From the NCBI GenBank assembly GCA_003208875.1, contig QCUR01000002.1:210337-274336 (forward strand): a stretch of 64,000 bases of DNA, written 5' to 3'. Position 1 is the stretch's first letter, and every line of letters begins with the position of its first letter. A model generated the notes under the pieces. It saw nothing but the letters and a program-made list of their open reading frames with translations, made no database searches and was not told the origin of the DNA. Positions 1 through 9,705 of this stretch are shown here, in pieces. This DNA is from Prochlorococcus sp. AG-679-M23. GTDB lineage: Bacteria > Cyanobacteriota > Cyanobacteriia > PCC-6307 > Cyanobiaceae. Made by a program: the position numbers and the translations under genes.

Positions 1-656
1 AAAGTGTCTATTCCTATACCATTTCTTCCGTAATCTATACCTGAACAATGGAAATAAAGTCCCTCTCCTTTATAAATACCAACATGATCACATTTATTTT
101 TATTTCCAAAAAATAAAATATCTCCTTTTTTAAGTGATTTATTATTTTCTTTGAAATTGAAAAGATGCTTACAAAAACTTTTAATTTGATAAGAGTCTCT
201 AGGTATATAAATTTCATGATTTAAAAAGGCCGTTTGAATTAACCCAGAACAGTCAAAATTAGGACCTGAAGTACCACCCCAAAGATATATATTTTTTACC
301 TTAGATCGATCTTTGATCCAATTAAGAATCAATGGAATTTTTGCTTGTATTGATATTTGATCAGATTCGACAAAACTGTTTTTAAAATCAAATTTCTCAA
401 TAGATAATTTATCTAAATCAATCCAGCAGACATAACCATCTTCATAAAATTGAACCAATATCCTGGATAATTTATATTTACTTTGATAAAGACTTGGGTA
501 AATAAGTCTAAAAATTCTATTTTTGACTATTTCCGTTACTAAATTATTTTCAGTTTCATTTTGATATCCAGAAATATTAATTTTTACTTTCCACCAAATA
601 GTGCTTGAAAAATTTGTTTGCTTAAATAGTGAGATAGGGTCTATATGTTCTTTCAT
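1..656 (-). CDS. NlpC/P60 (C40) cell-wall peptidase, 3' end truncated by the window edge
   Basis: Not in the ORF track. Hand translation from ATG at 656 gives MKEHIDPISLFKQ... and, in the same frame, YLWGGTSGPNFDCSGLIQTAF...KKGDILFFG...DHVGIYKGEGLYFHCSG, which has the catalytic DCSG and HVG motifs. I translated both ends and checked the frame by arithmetic. Confidence 0.85.
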   Translation of the reverse strand, partial: MKEHIDPISLFKQTNFSSTIWWKVKINISGYQNETENNLVTEIVKNRIFRLIYPSLYQSKYKLSRILVQFYEDGYVCWIDLDKLSIEKFDFKNSFVESDQISIQAKIPLILNWIKDRSKVKNIYLWGGTSGPNFDCSGLIQTAFLNHEIYIPRDSYQIKSFCKHLFNFKENNKSLKKGDILFFGNKNKCDHVGIYKGEGLYFHCSGIDYGRNGIGIDT

Positions 657-659
657 AAA

Positions 660-1559
660 ATGTCTTTTTATTATTTACAAGAAGAAATGGGTTTAGCCTT
701 AAATGGTATTTTAGACAGAGTTTGCTCCAACAATATAGAAAATTTAAGGAATGATATCGCAATAACTTGGATCAATTATAAAAGTGAAAGCAATCATATA
801 AATAAAGGTTTTGGATTTGGAATCAACAATAGAAAACTCATTTATCCTGCAAGCATCGTAAAGCTAATTTATGGCCTTGCTGCATACTCATGGATTGATA
901 CAAAGAAAATATTATTAACCCAAGAAATAAGTGATGCAGTCAATAAAATGCTTTTTTACTCAAGTAATGATGCAACAAGCTTTTTAATCGATATTATCAC
1001 TGGGACTACAAGCGGTCCATCTATAGAAGGAGATCTTTGGGAGAATTGGAAATTTCAAAGATCAATAATCAATGATTGGTTACAAGAGCTTAATTGGAAT
1101 GAATTAAATGAAATAAATTGCTGCCAAAAAACTTGGGATGATGGACCATTTGGTCGAGAAAAAGAATTTTACGGAATCGAAAACAGCAATAGAAATATGA
1201 TGACAACTGATGCTACTGCAAGGATTTTGGAGGAGATAATGATAAAGATTGATTATCAAAAAGATAATTTAAATTTAAGAAGTTTTTTAAAAAGAAATTT
1301 AAATAAGAATGTTCTTAATAATGATCCTCTTAATCAAGTAGATGGTTTTTTAGGAGAGGGATTACCTGAGAATATTAATTTCTGGAGTAAAGCAGGTCTA
1401 ATGTCACAAGCTAGACATGATGCTGCTTGGTGGGTTAATAACGACTCAGTACAGACTTTATTAGTTGTTTTTGGTAATGGAGAAAAATACTTCAAAGATG
1501 AGACCTTATTTCCCGAAATAGCAAAGGCTGTGTACAAATATAATAATAATTTTGTTTGA
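660..1559 (+). CDS. Serine hydrolase, class A beta-lactamase / PBP-A-like
   Basis: SxxK motif (PASIVKL), SSN loop and KAG triad. Start moved from 645 to ATG 660 to avoid overlap with the divergent gene. Confidence 0.85.
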   Translation: MSFYYLQEEMGLALNGILDRVCSNNIENLRNDIAITWINYKSESNHINKGFGFGINNRKLIYPASIVKLIYGLAAYSWIDTKKILLTQEISDAVNKMLFYSSNDATSFLIDIITGTTSGPSIEGDLWENWKFQRSIINDWLQELNWNELNEINCCQKTWDDGPFGREKEFYGIENSNRNMMTTDATARILEEIMIKIDYQKDNLNLRSFLKRNLNKNVLNNDPLNQVDGFLGEGLPENINFWSKAGLMSQARHDAAWWVNNDSVQTLLVVFGNGEKYFKDETLFPEIAKAVYKYNNNFV

Positions 1560-1561
1560 TA

Positions 1562-1774
1562 TTAATTTAAATCATCTAAGAAATCTCTATCTAATTTATT
1601 TGTATAGGCTTCGTAAGGTAACATCATAACCTCATCAAAATCCAAGTCATTCAGAATCCATTCTTTATATTCAGCTATTAAACTATTTCTATCTTTATTA
1701 TCTAATTCATGAATGCGTAATGCAGTATCTTTAAGGTTTTCTTTAATCAGGTTTTCAAGTTCTTTTTTATTCAT
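1562..1774 (-). CDS. Small acidic hypothetical protein (about 70 aa)
   Basis: Track ORF 1562-1792. ATG at 1774 lies 1 nt after the resolvase-like stop codon, suggesting coupling. Confidence 0.6.
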   Translation of the reverse strand: MNKKELENLIKENLKDTALRIHELDNKDRNSLIAEYKEWILNDLDFDEVMMLPYEAYTNKLDRDFLDDLN

Positions 1775-1775
1775 A

Positions 1776-2399
1776 TCAGCTAGCTTCTCCATCTAAAATT
1801 ATTCTTCTAATTGTTGATAAAGCAATTCCAGTTTGAGTTCTGATTGATCGATATGAGCAACCCTCATTACGTAACCTCATCACTAATGATTCTTTTAAAG
1901 GACTAATTTTCGGTCTTCCACCTAAATTATTTCCATTTAATCTTCTTTGCGAAATAAGTTCTTTTTTCCTCTCTCCCAAACACTCATTATCTAAATTATC
2001 TAACTCATATAAAATATTAAAGACTGACAAAGATATATCTGATGAATGTTTGGGAGATAAAAAACCAGATAAAGTTCTCAACCTAACATCATTATTCAAG
2101 AGTTTATGAATTGTTTTTATACATTCATTCCTGTTAGAAAATGCCCGATCTAGTTTTGTAACTACTAATTCATCTCCTTTTGATAAATAATTTAGAGCTT
2201 TTCTAAGTTCGGGTTTTATTTCTTCATCTAAACTTACGATTTCAGAAAATATTAAGCTGCAACCCTCATTTTTTAAGCATTTTATTTGTTCTTTTAAGTA
2301 ATCAAATTCACTATCTATAGCTCTTGCATATCCAATAGTTTTGGATTTCTTATTTTTTTCAGATAAAAGAAAACGTTTTCTTTTAAATTTAATAGTCAA
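1776..2399 (-). CDS. Serine recombinase (resolvase/invertase) family protein with C-terminal HTH; catalytic residues degenerate
   Basis: IGYARA.., GD.LVVTKLDR, GGRP plus HTH (SYRSIRTQTGIALSTIRRI). Start is uncertain: track ATG 2462, or TTG 2399. Confidence 0.85.
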   Translation of the reverse strand: MTIKFKRKRFLLSEKNKKSKTIGYARAIDSEFDYLKEQIKCLKNEGCSLIFSEIVSLDEEIKPELRKALNYLSKGDELVVTKLDRAFSNRNECIKTIHKLLNNDVRLRTLSGFLSPKHSSDISLSVFNILYELDNLDNECLGERKKELISQRRLNGNNLGGRPKISPLKESLVMRLRNEGCSYRSIRTQTGIALSTIRRIILDGEAS

Positions 2400-2577
2400 C
2401 GTTTTAATACATATATTTTTAACTGTATCAAATACTTTAGAAAAAAACACTTTATAGAACATTATTTTGTAATAAAAAAAAGGTTTTAACTTATTAAGAA
2501 ATAGATAATATTGTTTTATAACTGTAGTTAAAAGAACGTTCTGAATATTGTACTAGTTTATGTTATTAGAACGTTTT
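2364..2577. repeat. Array of AACGTT-centred palindromes (candidate protein-binding sites)
   Basis: Perfect 22-bp palindrome TAAAAGAAAACGTTTTCTTTTA at 2364-2385; AACGTT 2398-2403; AGAACATT 2456-2463; AGAACGTTCT 2533-2542; AGAACGTTTT 2568-2577. Confidence 0.65.
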
Positions 2578-2722
2578 GCTTATTGCGTAACTAGTTTTTG
2601 TGGGAAACTGTTTAAAAAAATGCCAAATTTTTTTCTAAAAGTAATTTTTAAATTTCTTCTAGATTTAATTAGAAATTTAATCTCTTTAGTGAAGTAAATA
2701 AAAATAGTAAAGTTAAATTATT

Positions 2723-3655
2723 TTGATTAAAATTAGAGATGATTGGATTGAAATAATTAATTTGACTAATATTTCCAAAAATGCAGTTACGAAGCCTGAC
2801 TGGTTAAGAGTAAAAGCACCTCAAGTTGAGAGAATAGGTAATACTGCCAATTTGTTGAGTGATTTAAAATTAAACACTGTATGTCAAGAAGCAAGTTGTC
2901 CCAATATTGGCGAATGTTTTGCTAGTGGAACTGCAACTTTTTTAATTATGGGCCCAGGCTGCACGAGAGCATGTCCATATTGCGATATTGATTTTGATAG
3001 ATCTAAGAGAGATTTAGACCCAACAGAACCAGATCGTTTAGCAGAGGCTGTTTTTAGAATGAAACTTAAACATGTTGTGATTACCTCTGTTAATAGAGAT
3101 GATTTAGATGATGGTGGAGCTTCGCAGTTTTATAAATGTGTTTCGGAAGTTAGAAAAAAATCCCCTGAAACAACTATTGAATTATTAATTCCAGATTTAT
3201 GTGGCAATTGGTCAGCACTTGAAAAGATTTTAGATTCTAGACCAAATGTTTTAAATCATAATATTGAAACTGTCTCAGCTTTGTACAGGAAAGTAAGGCC
3301 ACAAGGAAACTATCAAAGAACTTTAGAGTTACTTAAAAGAACGAGAGAATATTTCCCAAGTGTTTATACTAAATCTGGATTTATGTTGGGATTAGGAGAA
3401 AAGGATGATGAAGTTCTTACTCTTCTTATGGATTTAAGAAAAAATGATGTAGATATAGTTACTATTGGTCAATATTTATCTCCAGGTCCAAAACATCTTC
3501 AGGTTCAAAGATTTGTTACCCCTTCAAAATTTAATTATTTTAAATTATTTGGAGAAAATGAATTAGGGTTTATGCAAGTTGTCAGTTCTCCTTTAACTCG
3601 TAGTAGTTATCATGCTGAAGAGATTCAGAAACTCATGAAAAAGTTTCCAAGATAA
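2723..3655 (+). CDS. lipA: Lipoyl synthase
   Basis: [20 protein letters not shown] (CX4CX5C), CTRACPYC and RSSYHA. The true start may lie slightly downstream. Confidence 0.96.
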   Translation: MIKIRDDWIEIINLTNISKNAVTKPDWLRVKAPQVERIGNTANLLSDLKLNTVCQEASCPNIGECFASGTATFLIMGPGCTRACPYCDIDFDRSKRDLDPTEPDRLAEAVFRMKLKHVVITSVNRDDLDDGGASQFYKCVSEVRKKSPETTIELLIPDLCGNWSALEKILDSRPNVLNHNIETVSALYRKVRPQGNYQRTLELLKRTREYFPSVYTKSGFMLGLGEKDDEVLTLLMDLRKNDVDIVTIGQYLSPGPKHLQVQRFVTPSKFNYFKLFGENELGFMQVVSSPLTRSSYHAEEIQKLMKKFPR

Positions 3656-3664
3656 TTAAATTAT

Positions 3665-3958
3665 CTATTGATTAATATTAATCCATTCATTTAATTTCCA
3701 TTCGACAATATTATTTTTTATCATCGGATCTTTTTTTATAATTTCTAAGGCTTCTTTATACGTTCCAATTTCAAGAATTAGTAACCCACCAGCTCCTGAT
3801 TGTTTGAATTCATCCACCAGAAACCCACTTTTGATATTTATTCCTTTTTTCTTTAAATTTTCTATCCATTTGATATGTTCATTGATTATTTTCTTTCTTA
3901 TATCTTTTTGAATTAAGTATTCTTTTTTTATGAGTTCAGTTTTTATAAAAATAGGCAT
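3665..3958 (-). CDS. YciI-family protein
   Basis: H..W...L, SG...D, GGLLI and DPMI pattern; about 97 aa. Confidence 0.75.
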   Translation of the reverse strand: MPIFIKTELIKKEYLIQKDIRKKIINEHIKWIENLKKKGINIKSGFLVDEFKQSGAGGLLILEIGTYKEALEIIKKDPMIKNNIVEWKLNEWININQ

Positions 3959-3961
3959 TCA

Positions 3962-6900
3962 TTAACTTAATATACCGAGCATTTCTTCTTCGCTTGGAGG
4001 AACAACTATTTTAAAAATTCCCTTAAAATTAGACCAATTATTGATTATTTTGGATGCTTTTAGACTCTTTGTTTTTTCTTGATATTCACTAAGAATTCCT
4101 AATAAAATCTCTTCTTGCTTGAGGTTAGTTATTTTATGGATACTAACTATTTCCTTATTCACTTTATTTTCTAAATCATTATTTTCATCAAGTATATAAG
4201 CTATTCCACCAGTCATTCCTGCTCCAATATTTCTTCCTGTTGAACCTAAAATTACTATCTTGCCACCAGTCATATATTCACAACAATGGTCGCCCGAACC
4301 TTCTGTGACTGCAGTAGCTCCACTATTTCTAACAGCAAATCTTTCTCCGGATTTACCTAAAGCAAATAACTTGCCTCCTGTTGCTCCATAAAGACAGGTA
4401 TTACCCAATATTACTTGCTCTGAAGATTTCTCATCTACTTGGGGAGGAACAATAGTAAGTACACCTCCATTCATTCCTTTGCAAACATAATCATTAGCTT
4501 CTCCAATTAATTGGATATGCATTCCTTTTAATAAAAAAGCACCAAAACTTTGTCCTGCGTATCCTTTGAAATTGAGAATTAGTTCACCATTAAATCCATT
4601 ATTTCCATAAAGTTCCGCAATTTCGCCTGATATTTTTGCACATACACTTCTGTCAGTGTTCTTGATTTCTATTTCTTTAATTAATTTTCCATGATTCTTA
4701 ATAGAATTCATGAATTCATTATCAGACAAAAATTGATCCTCTAATACATATCCATTAGTATGAGCAGTCTTAGAATGCTTTAACCATGACCTATCTTTAT
4801 TTTGAGTCCCTTTTTTAATTAGAGAACTAAGATCAATATTTGCAGTTTTTGGAAGTTTAATATCTCTTGCTGTTAGAAATTCCTGATTGCCAATCAAGTC
4901 CTCCATACTAGATACTCCAATGCTACTCATTATTTGTCTTATCTCTTCAGCAATATATAAGAAAAAGTTCACGACATTTTCAGGTAAACCTTTAAACCTT
5001 TTTCTTAATTCTTCTTTTTGAGTAGCTACACCCACAGGACATTTGTTTGTATGACAAACACGCGCCATTATGCAGCCTTCAGCAATCATTGCTACTGAAC
5101 CAAAGCCAAATTCTTCCGCACCTAAAATAGCTGCGATTACAACATCCCATCCTGTTTTAAGTCCGCCATCAGTTCTTAAAAGTACTCTCTCTCTAAGATT
5201 ATTTTCCATAAGGGATTTATGGACTTCTGCAACACCTAATTCCCACGGTAAACCAGCATGTTTAATAGAACTTAGAGGGGAAGCCCCAGTACCTCCATCA
5301 TGCCCGGAAATTTGTATTACATCAGCATTCGCTTTGCTAACTCCAGCAGCGATAGTACCTATCCCAATTTCAGAAACGAGCTTTACACTGACCTTCGCTC
5401 TTGGATGAACTTGGTGCAAGTCATGAATTAACTGAGCCAAGTCTTCAATAGAGTAAATATCATGATGTGGGGGTGGAGATATTAAGGCTACTCCTGGTTT
5501 GCTGTTTCTTAGCTTTGCAATATATGAATCAACTTTTGGTCCTGGTAATTGGCCACCTTCCCCTGGCTTAGCTCCTTGAGCCATTTTTATTTCAAGTTGC
5601 TTCCCACTTCTTAGATATTCTGGAGTAACCCCAAATCTTCCAGAGGCTATTTGTTTAATAGCTGAGCAAGCAGTATCCCCATTTTCTAGGCCTTTTATAG
5701 ATGGTAATATTGCCGATTGAGTATTTTCATCAATATCATTCAATACATTAAAACGAGCTGGATCTTCTCCTCCTTCCCCGCTATTACTTTTCCCACCAAT
5801 TCTATTCATTGCAACAGCCAACACTTCATGAGCTTCTCTTGATAATGCTCCTAAACTCATTCCTCCAGTACAAAACCTTTTACATATTGATTCAACACTT
5901 TCAACCTCATCTATCGGGATACTTTTTCTTGTCGAGTTAATTGACAGTAAATCTCTTAATGAAGTGACAGGTCTATTTCGAATAAGTGTTTTATAAGTCT
6001 CGAAATGATCGTATCCTGGTCCTTGCTTTAGGGCAGAATGTAAAACCTTTGACATTTCAGGATTATTAGAGTGATATTCGCCATTATTTCTAAACTGAAC
6101 AAATCCTAGAAACTCTAATTTTTTTAAATCTATTTCTGGAAAGGCTTTGGTATGAATTGAGAGTGATTCATTTGCAAGTTCTTTTAGTGTGATCCCTGCA
6201 ATTCGACTTGTTGTTCCATCGAAAGCTATTTTAATTAAGTCAGAGCCAAGACCTACAGCTTCAAATATTTGAGCACCATGATAACTAGATAAAAGGGAAA
6301 TCCCTATTTTTGAAAGTATTTTTCTTAATCCATCTTCTAAAGCTTTTTTGATATTTTCCTGAACGTCATTGATTGATAGTGGATTGATTTTCTTTGTAGC
6401 AATAAGCTTTTGAGTTTTTGGATGTTGTAACCAATGTCTTCCAGATTCAAATGTTAACCAAGGGCATACAGCACTAACTCCATAACCAATTAAACATGCT
6501 AGGTGATGCGTGCTCCAACATTGACCAGTTTCAATTATTAGCGAGGCTTTTAATCTTATTTCTTTTTTAAGAAGATAATGATGAATTGCACCTACAGCTA
6601 ATAAAGGAGGAATAAAACTTTGTTTGGAACTGACTCCTTTGTCAGAAATGATTATTAAAGAGCAGCCTTCTTTTATTGCATTCTCGCTTACTTTACAAAT
6701 ATCATCTAACTTTGCTTCAAATCCTTTATTTCCTTCCTCAATATTAAATAAACTTGAAATAGTTTTCGATTTAATTTCTGATTCTTTTAATGAAATTAAT
6801 TCTTGTTCATTAATAATTGGACTTTTTAAATGAATAAAAGGCTTAATATCATTAGATTCGAAGGGAGAGCATCTTTCACCTAAATGCATCTCTAAACTCA

Positions 6901-8533
6901 TTACTAATTTTTCTCTTAAAGGATCTATAGGAGGATTAGTAACTTGTGCAAATCTTTGTTTGAAGTAGTCGTATAAAATATGAGGTTTAGAAGAGAGCAC
7001 TGCTAATGGTATATCGTCACCCATACAATATGTTGGCTCCTTAGAAAGAGAAGCCATTGAATCAAGAATGAGATCATTGTCTTCTGAGGAAAAACCAAAA
7101 GCAGTTTGCTGTTGGAGCAATTCAAAATCTTTTAAATTACAAGTATTGGACCATTCATTATTTTTGAGTGTTACAGTTCTTTTTTGTATCAGTTTTTTAT
7201 AATTTTTTCTTTTGGCAGCTTCTGCTTTAACTTCCCAATTTCTTAAAATTTTGTTCTGAGAAAGATCTACTGCGAGCATTTGGCCTGGCCCTAAACGTCC
7301 TTTTTCTATAACTCTGTTTTCTTCAATATCCACTACCCCTGTCTCTGAACCCATTATCACAAAACCATCATTGGTAATTGAATATCTAGCAGGTCTTAAT
7401 CCATTCCTATCAAGTGTCGCTCCAACATAGTTTCCATCTGCAAATACTAATAGAGCAGGACCGTCCCAGGCTTCTTGGAGAGTAGCTGAATATTCATAAA
7501 AAGCCTTAATATCCTCTCTGCTTTCAAGTTCTGGTTGATCTCGAAATGCTTCTGGAACAAGTTTCAATAAGGAATCAGTTATTGGTTTCCCTGAACGAAT
7601 GTTAATTTCTAGTGTTGCGTCAAGATTTGATGAATCACTTTTGTTCTTATCTACTATTGGCTTAATATCACCAGACAACTCTCCCCAGTACTCATCAATA
7701 TGTGTTTCTGATGCTTTCGCCCAATTGATATTACCCAAAAGGGTATTAATTTCTCCATTATGACCCAAAAATCTCATTGGCTGAGCAAGAGGCCATTTTG
7801 GTAAGGTATTTGTGCTAAATCTTCGATGGTAAACAGAAAAAGAGACTTTAAAATCTTCTTTCTTTAAGTCTTTATAAAATTCTGATAAAACTTCAGATCT
7901 AACCATACCTTTATAAACAACAGTTTGAGAACTAAGTGATGCGAAATAAAATTCGCATTCACCGATAGCATTTTTTGTATTATCTCTTATTCTTTTTTCG
8001 ATTCTTTTTCTTAGTTGAAATAAGAGCATCTCAATATCTCTACTATCATCTTTTTCTAAGCAGACGATCCATTGGTTTATATATGGTGCGTTTGCTTTTG
8101 CTAAAACTCCTAATGTTTCATTTTTAGTAGGTACATTTCTCCAAAATGTTTCTTTAAAATTTAATTCTTTAGCTTCTTCATCGCATATAAGTTTTGATTC
8201 TTTAACTTTTAATTCATTATTGGGCATGAAAATCATGCCTAAACCTCGTTTTTCGTAGTTTTCAGTATTTAAATTTAATTCTCTATCTAAAAATTCCCAT
8301 GGAATTGAACATAAAATTCCTGCCCCATCACCAGAATCACTATCTCCTCCGCATCCTCCTCTATGCTCCATACAATTAAGACCTTTTAAAGATTGCTTCA
8401 ATATCCAATTACTTTCTTTGCCATCAATATTTGCTATGAAACCAACACCACAAGCATCTTTCTCTCCAATAATTCCATTTGGAGAATAACTATCTTGATA
8501 TGGCTCGTTGCTTCTTTTGATACTCCCTCGCAT
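3962..8533 (-). CDS. glsF: Ferredoxin-dependent glutamate synthase (Fd-GOGAT)
   Basis: CGVGF N-terminal nucleophile after a propeptide, HRRFSTNT, KMAQGAKPGEGGQLPG, CIMARVCHTNKCP [3Fe-4S], GXGXG C-terminal domain; 1523 aa. Confidence 0.98.
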   Translation of the reverse strand: MRGSIKRSNEPYQDSYSPNGIIGEKDACGVGFIANIDGKESNWILKQSLKGLNCMEHRGGCGGDSDSGDGAGILCSIPWEFLDRELNLNTENYEKRGLGMIFMPNNELKVKESKLICDEEAKELNFKETFWRNVPTKNETLGVLAKANAPYINQWIVCLEKDDSRDIEMLLFQLRKRIEKRIRDNTKNAIGECEFYFASLSSQTVVYKGMVRSEVLSEFYKDLKKEDFKVSFSVYHRRFSTNTLPKWPLAQPMRFLGHNGEINTLLGNINWAKASETHIDEYWGELSGDIKPIVDKNKSDSSNLDATLEINIRSGKPITDSLLKLVPEAFRDQPELESREDIKAFYEYSATLQEAWDGPALLVFADGNYVGATLDRNGLRPARYSITNDGFVIMGSETGVVDIEENRVIEKGRLGPGQMLAVDLSQNKILRNWEVKAEAAKRKNYKKLIQKRTVTLKNNEWSNTCNLKDFELLQQQTAFGFSSEDNDLILDSMASLSKEPTYCMGDDIPLAVLSSKPHILYDYFKQRFAQVTNPPIDPLREKLVMSLEMHLGERCSPFESNDIKPFIHLKSPIINEQELISLKESEIKSKTISSLFNIEEGNKGFEAKLDDICKVSENAIKEGCSLIIISDKGVSSKQSFIPPLLAVGAIHHYLLKKEIRLKASLIIETGQCWSTHHLACLIGYGVSAVCPWLTFESGRHWLQHPKTQKLIATKKINPLSINDVQENIKKALEDGLRKILSKIGISLLSSYHGAQIFEAVGLGSDLIKIAFDGTTSRIAGITLKELANESLSIHTKAFPEIDLKKLEFLGFVQFRNNGEYHSNNPEMSKVLHSALKQGPGYDHFETYKTLIRNRPVTSLRDLLSINSTRKSIPIDEVESVESICKRFCTGGMSLGALSREAHEVLAVAMNRIGGKSNSGEGGEDPARFNVLNDIDENTQSAILPSIKGLENGDTACSAIKQIASGRFGVTPEYLRSGKQLEIKMAQGAKPGEGGQLPGPKVDSYIAKLRNSKPGVALISPPPHHDIYSIEDLAQLIHDLHQVHPRAKVSVKLVSEIGIGTIAAGVSKANADVIQISGHDGGTGASPLSSIKHAGLPWELGVAEVHKSLMENNLRERVLLRTDGGLKTGWDVVIAAILGAEEFGFGSVAMIAEGCIMARVCHTNKCPVGVATQKEELRKRFKGLPENVVNFFLYIAEEIRQIMSSIGVSSMEDLIGNQEFLTARDIKLPKTANIDLSSLIKKGTQNKDRSWLKHSKTAHTNGYVLEDQFLSDNEFMNSIKNHGKLIKEIEIKNTDRSVCAKISGEIAELYGNNGFNGELILNFKGYAGQSFGAFLLKGMHIQLIGEANDYVCKGMNGGVLTIVPPQVDEKSSEQVILGNTCLYGATGGKLFALGKSGERFAVRNSGATAVTEGSGDHCCEYMTGGKIVILGSTGRNIGAGMTGGIAYILDENNDLENKVNKEIVSIHKITNLKQEEILLGILSEYQEKTKSLKASKIINNWSNFKGIFKIVVPPSEEEMLGILS

Positions 8534-8726
8534 AGATTATTTAACTATATAAGATAATTTATTTATTTCTATTATAAAAATGAATTTCAAAATACAAAGC
8601 AAAAATAATGAAGAATTACTAAACAAATTAAAATTTTATTTATAAATCAAAAAAATTCAAAAATGCTTTAGATATGACTCGTAAAAGGTTATGATGTTTT
8701 GATATGTATTTTATCTATTAATATAG

Positions 8727-9104
8727 ATGCCGACCATTTCCCAATTAATTGGATCAGAAAGAAAACGTCTGACACGAAAAACAAAATCTCCTGCACTTAA
8801 ATCTTGTCCAGAGAGAAGAGGAGTATGTACAAGAGTTTATACATCTACTCCTAAGAAACCTAATTCTGCCTTAAGAAAAGTTGCCAGAGTTAGATTAACT
8901 TCTGGTTTTGAAGTTACCGCATATATTCCAGGAATCGGACATAATTTACAGGAACACTCTGTAGTCCTACTCAGGGGTGGAAGAGTTAAAGATCTGCCGG
9001 GGGTAAGATACCATATAATAAGAGGAACTTTAGATACTGCAGGAGTCAAAGATAGACGTCAATCCAGGTCTAAATATGGTGCAAAAGCTCCTAAAAATGA
9101 TTAA
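8727..9104 (+). CDS. rpsL: 30S ribosomal protein S12
   Basis: [23 protein letters not shown]. Confidence 0.99.
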   Translation: MPTISQLIGSERKRLTRKTKSPALKSCPERRGVCTRVYTSTPKKPNSALRKVARVRLTSGFEVTAYIPGIGHNLQEHSVVLLRGGRVKDLPGVRYHIIRGTLDTAGVKDRRQSRSKYGAKAPKND

Positions 9105-9130
9105 TTTTTTAACTTCAATTCTTTTCTAAA

Positions 9131-9601
9131 ATGTCACGTCGTAATGCAGCAGTAAAAAGACCAGTTTTACCAGACCCCCAATTTAATAGTCGTCTTGCCT
9201 CAATGATGATTTCTAGATTGATGAAACATGGTAAAAAATCTACTGCACAAAAAATACTATCAGATGCTTTTTCTCTAATCAGTGAAAGAACAGGTGGAAA
9301 TGCTGTGGAGTTATTTGAAACAGCCGTAAAGAATGCAACCCCATTGGTAGAGGTAAGAGCTAGAAGAGTTGGAGGTGCAACCTATCAAGTTCCTATGGAA
9401 GTTCGTCAAGAGAGAGGAACTGCTATGGCATTAAGATGGCTGGTTACCTTTTCAAGAGGAAGAAATGGAAAGAGTATGTCGCAAAAGTTAGCAGGTGAAT
9501 TAATGGATGCAGCTAATGAAACTGGCAGCGCAGTTAAGAAGAGAGAAGATACTCATAAAATGGCAGAAGCTAATAAAGCTTTTGCTCACTACAGATACTA
9601 A
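9131..9601 (+). CDS. rpsG: 30S ribosomal protein S7
   Basis: [25 protein letters not shown]. Confidence 0.99.
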
Positions 9602-9705
9602 TTTCGACCCAAAATGGTCCTTATTTAGTTTATTATTAAACAAAAGTTTATTTGATTAAATAAACTGTTGCTATTTAGCAATTCATTCTATTTGGAGTTT
9701 TAACA

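Noticed and set aside
35-217. 60-aa track ORF on the minus strand
   Set aside because: It is a wrong-frame overlap of the real NlpC/P60 gene.
1776-2462. Resolvase as a sign of a transposon or integrated element
   Set aside because: No transposase, terminal inverted repeats, target duplication or cargo; it is flanked by core genes.
2524-2564. GTA-N8-AAC followed after 21 nt by TATGTT toward lipA (NtcA-like)
   Set aside because: It lacks the flanking ACA, overlaps the AACGTT palindrome that explains it better, and AT-rich chance matches are likely.
5070-6833. Antisense ORFs inside glsF (5070-5408, 6624-6833)
   Set aside because: Shadow ORFs opposite a conserved gene, with no recognisable motifs.
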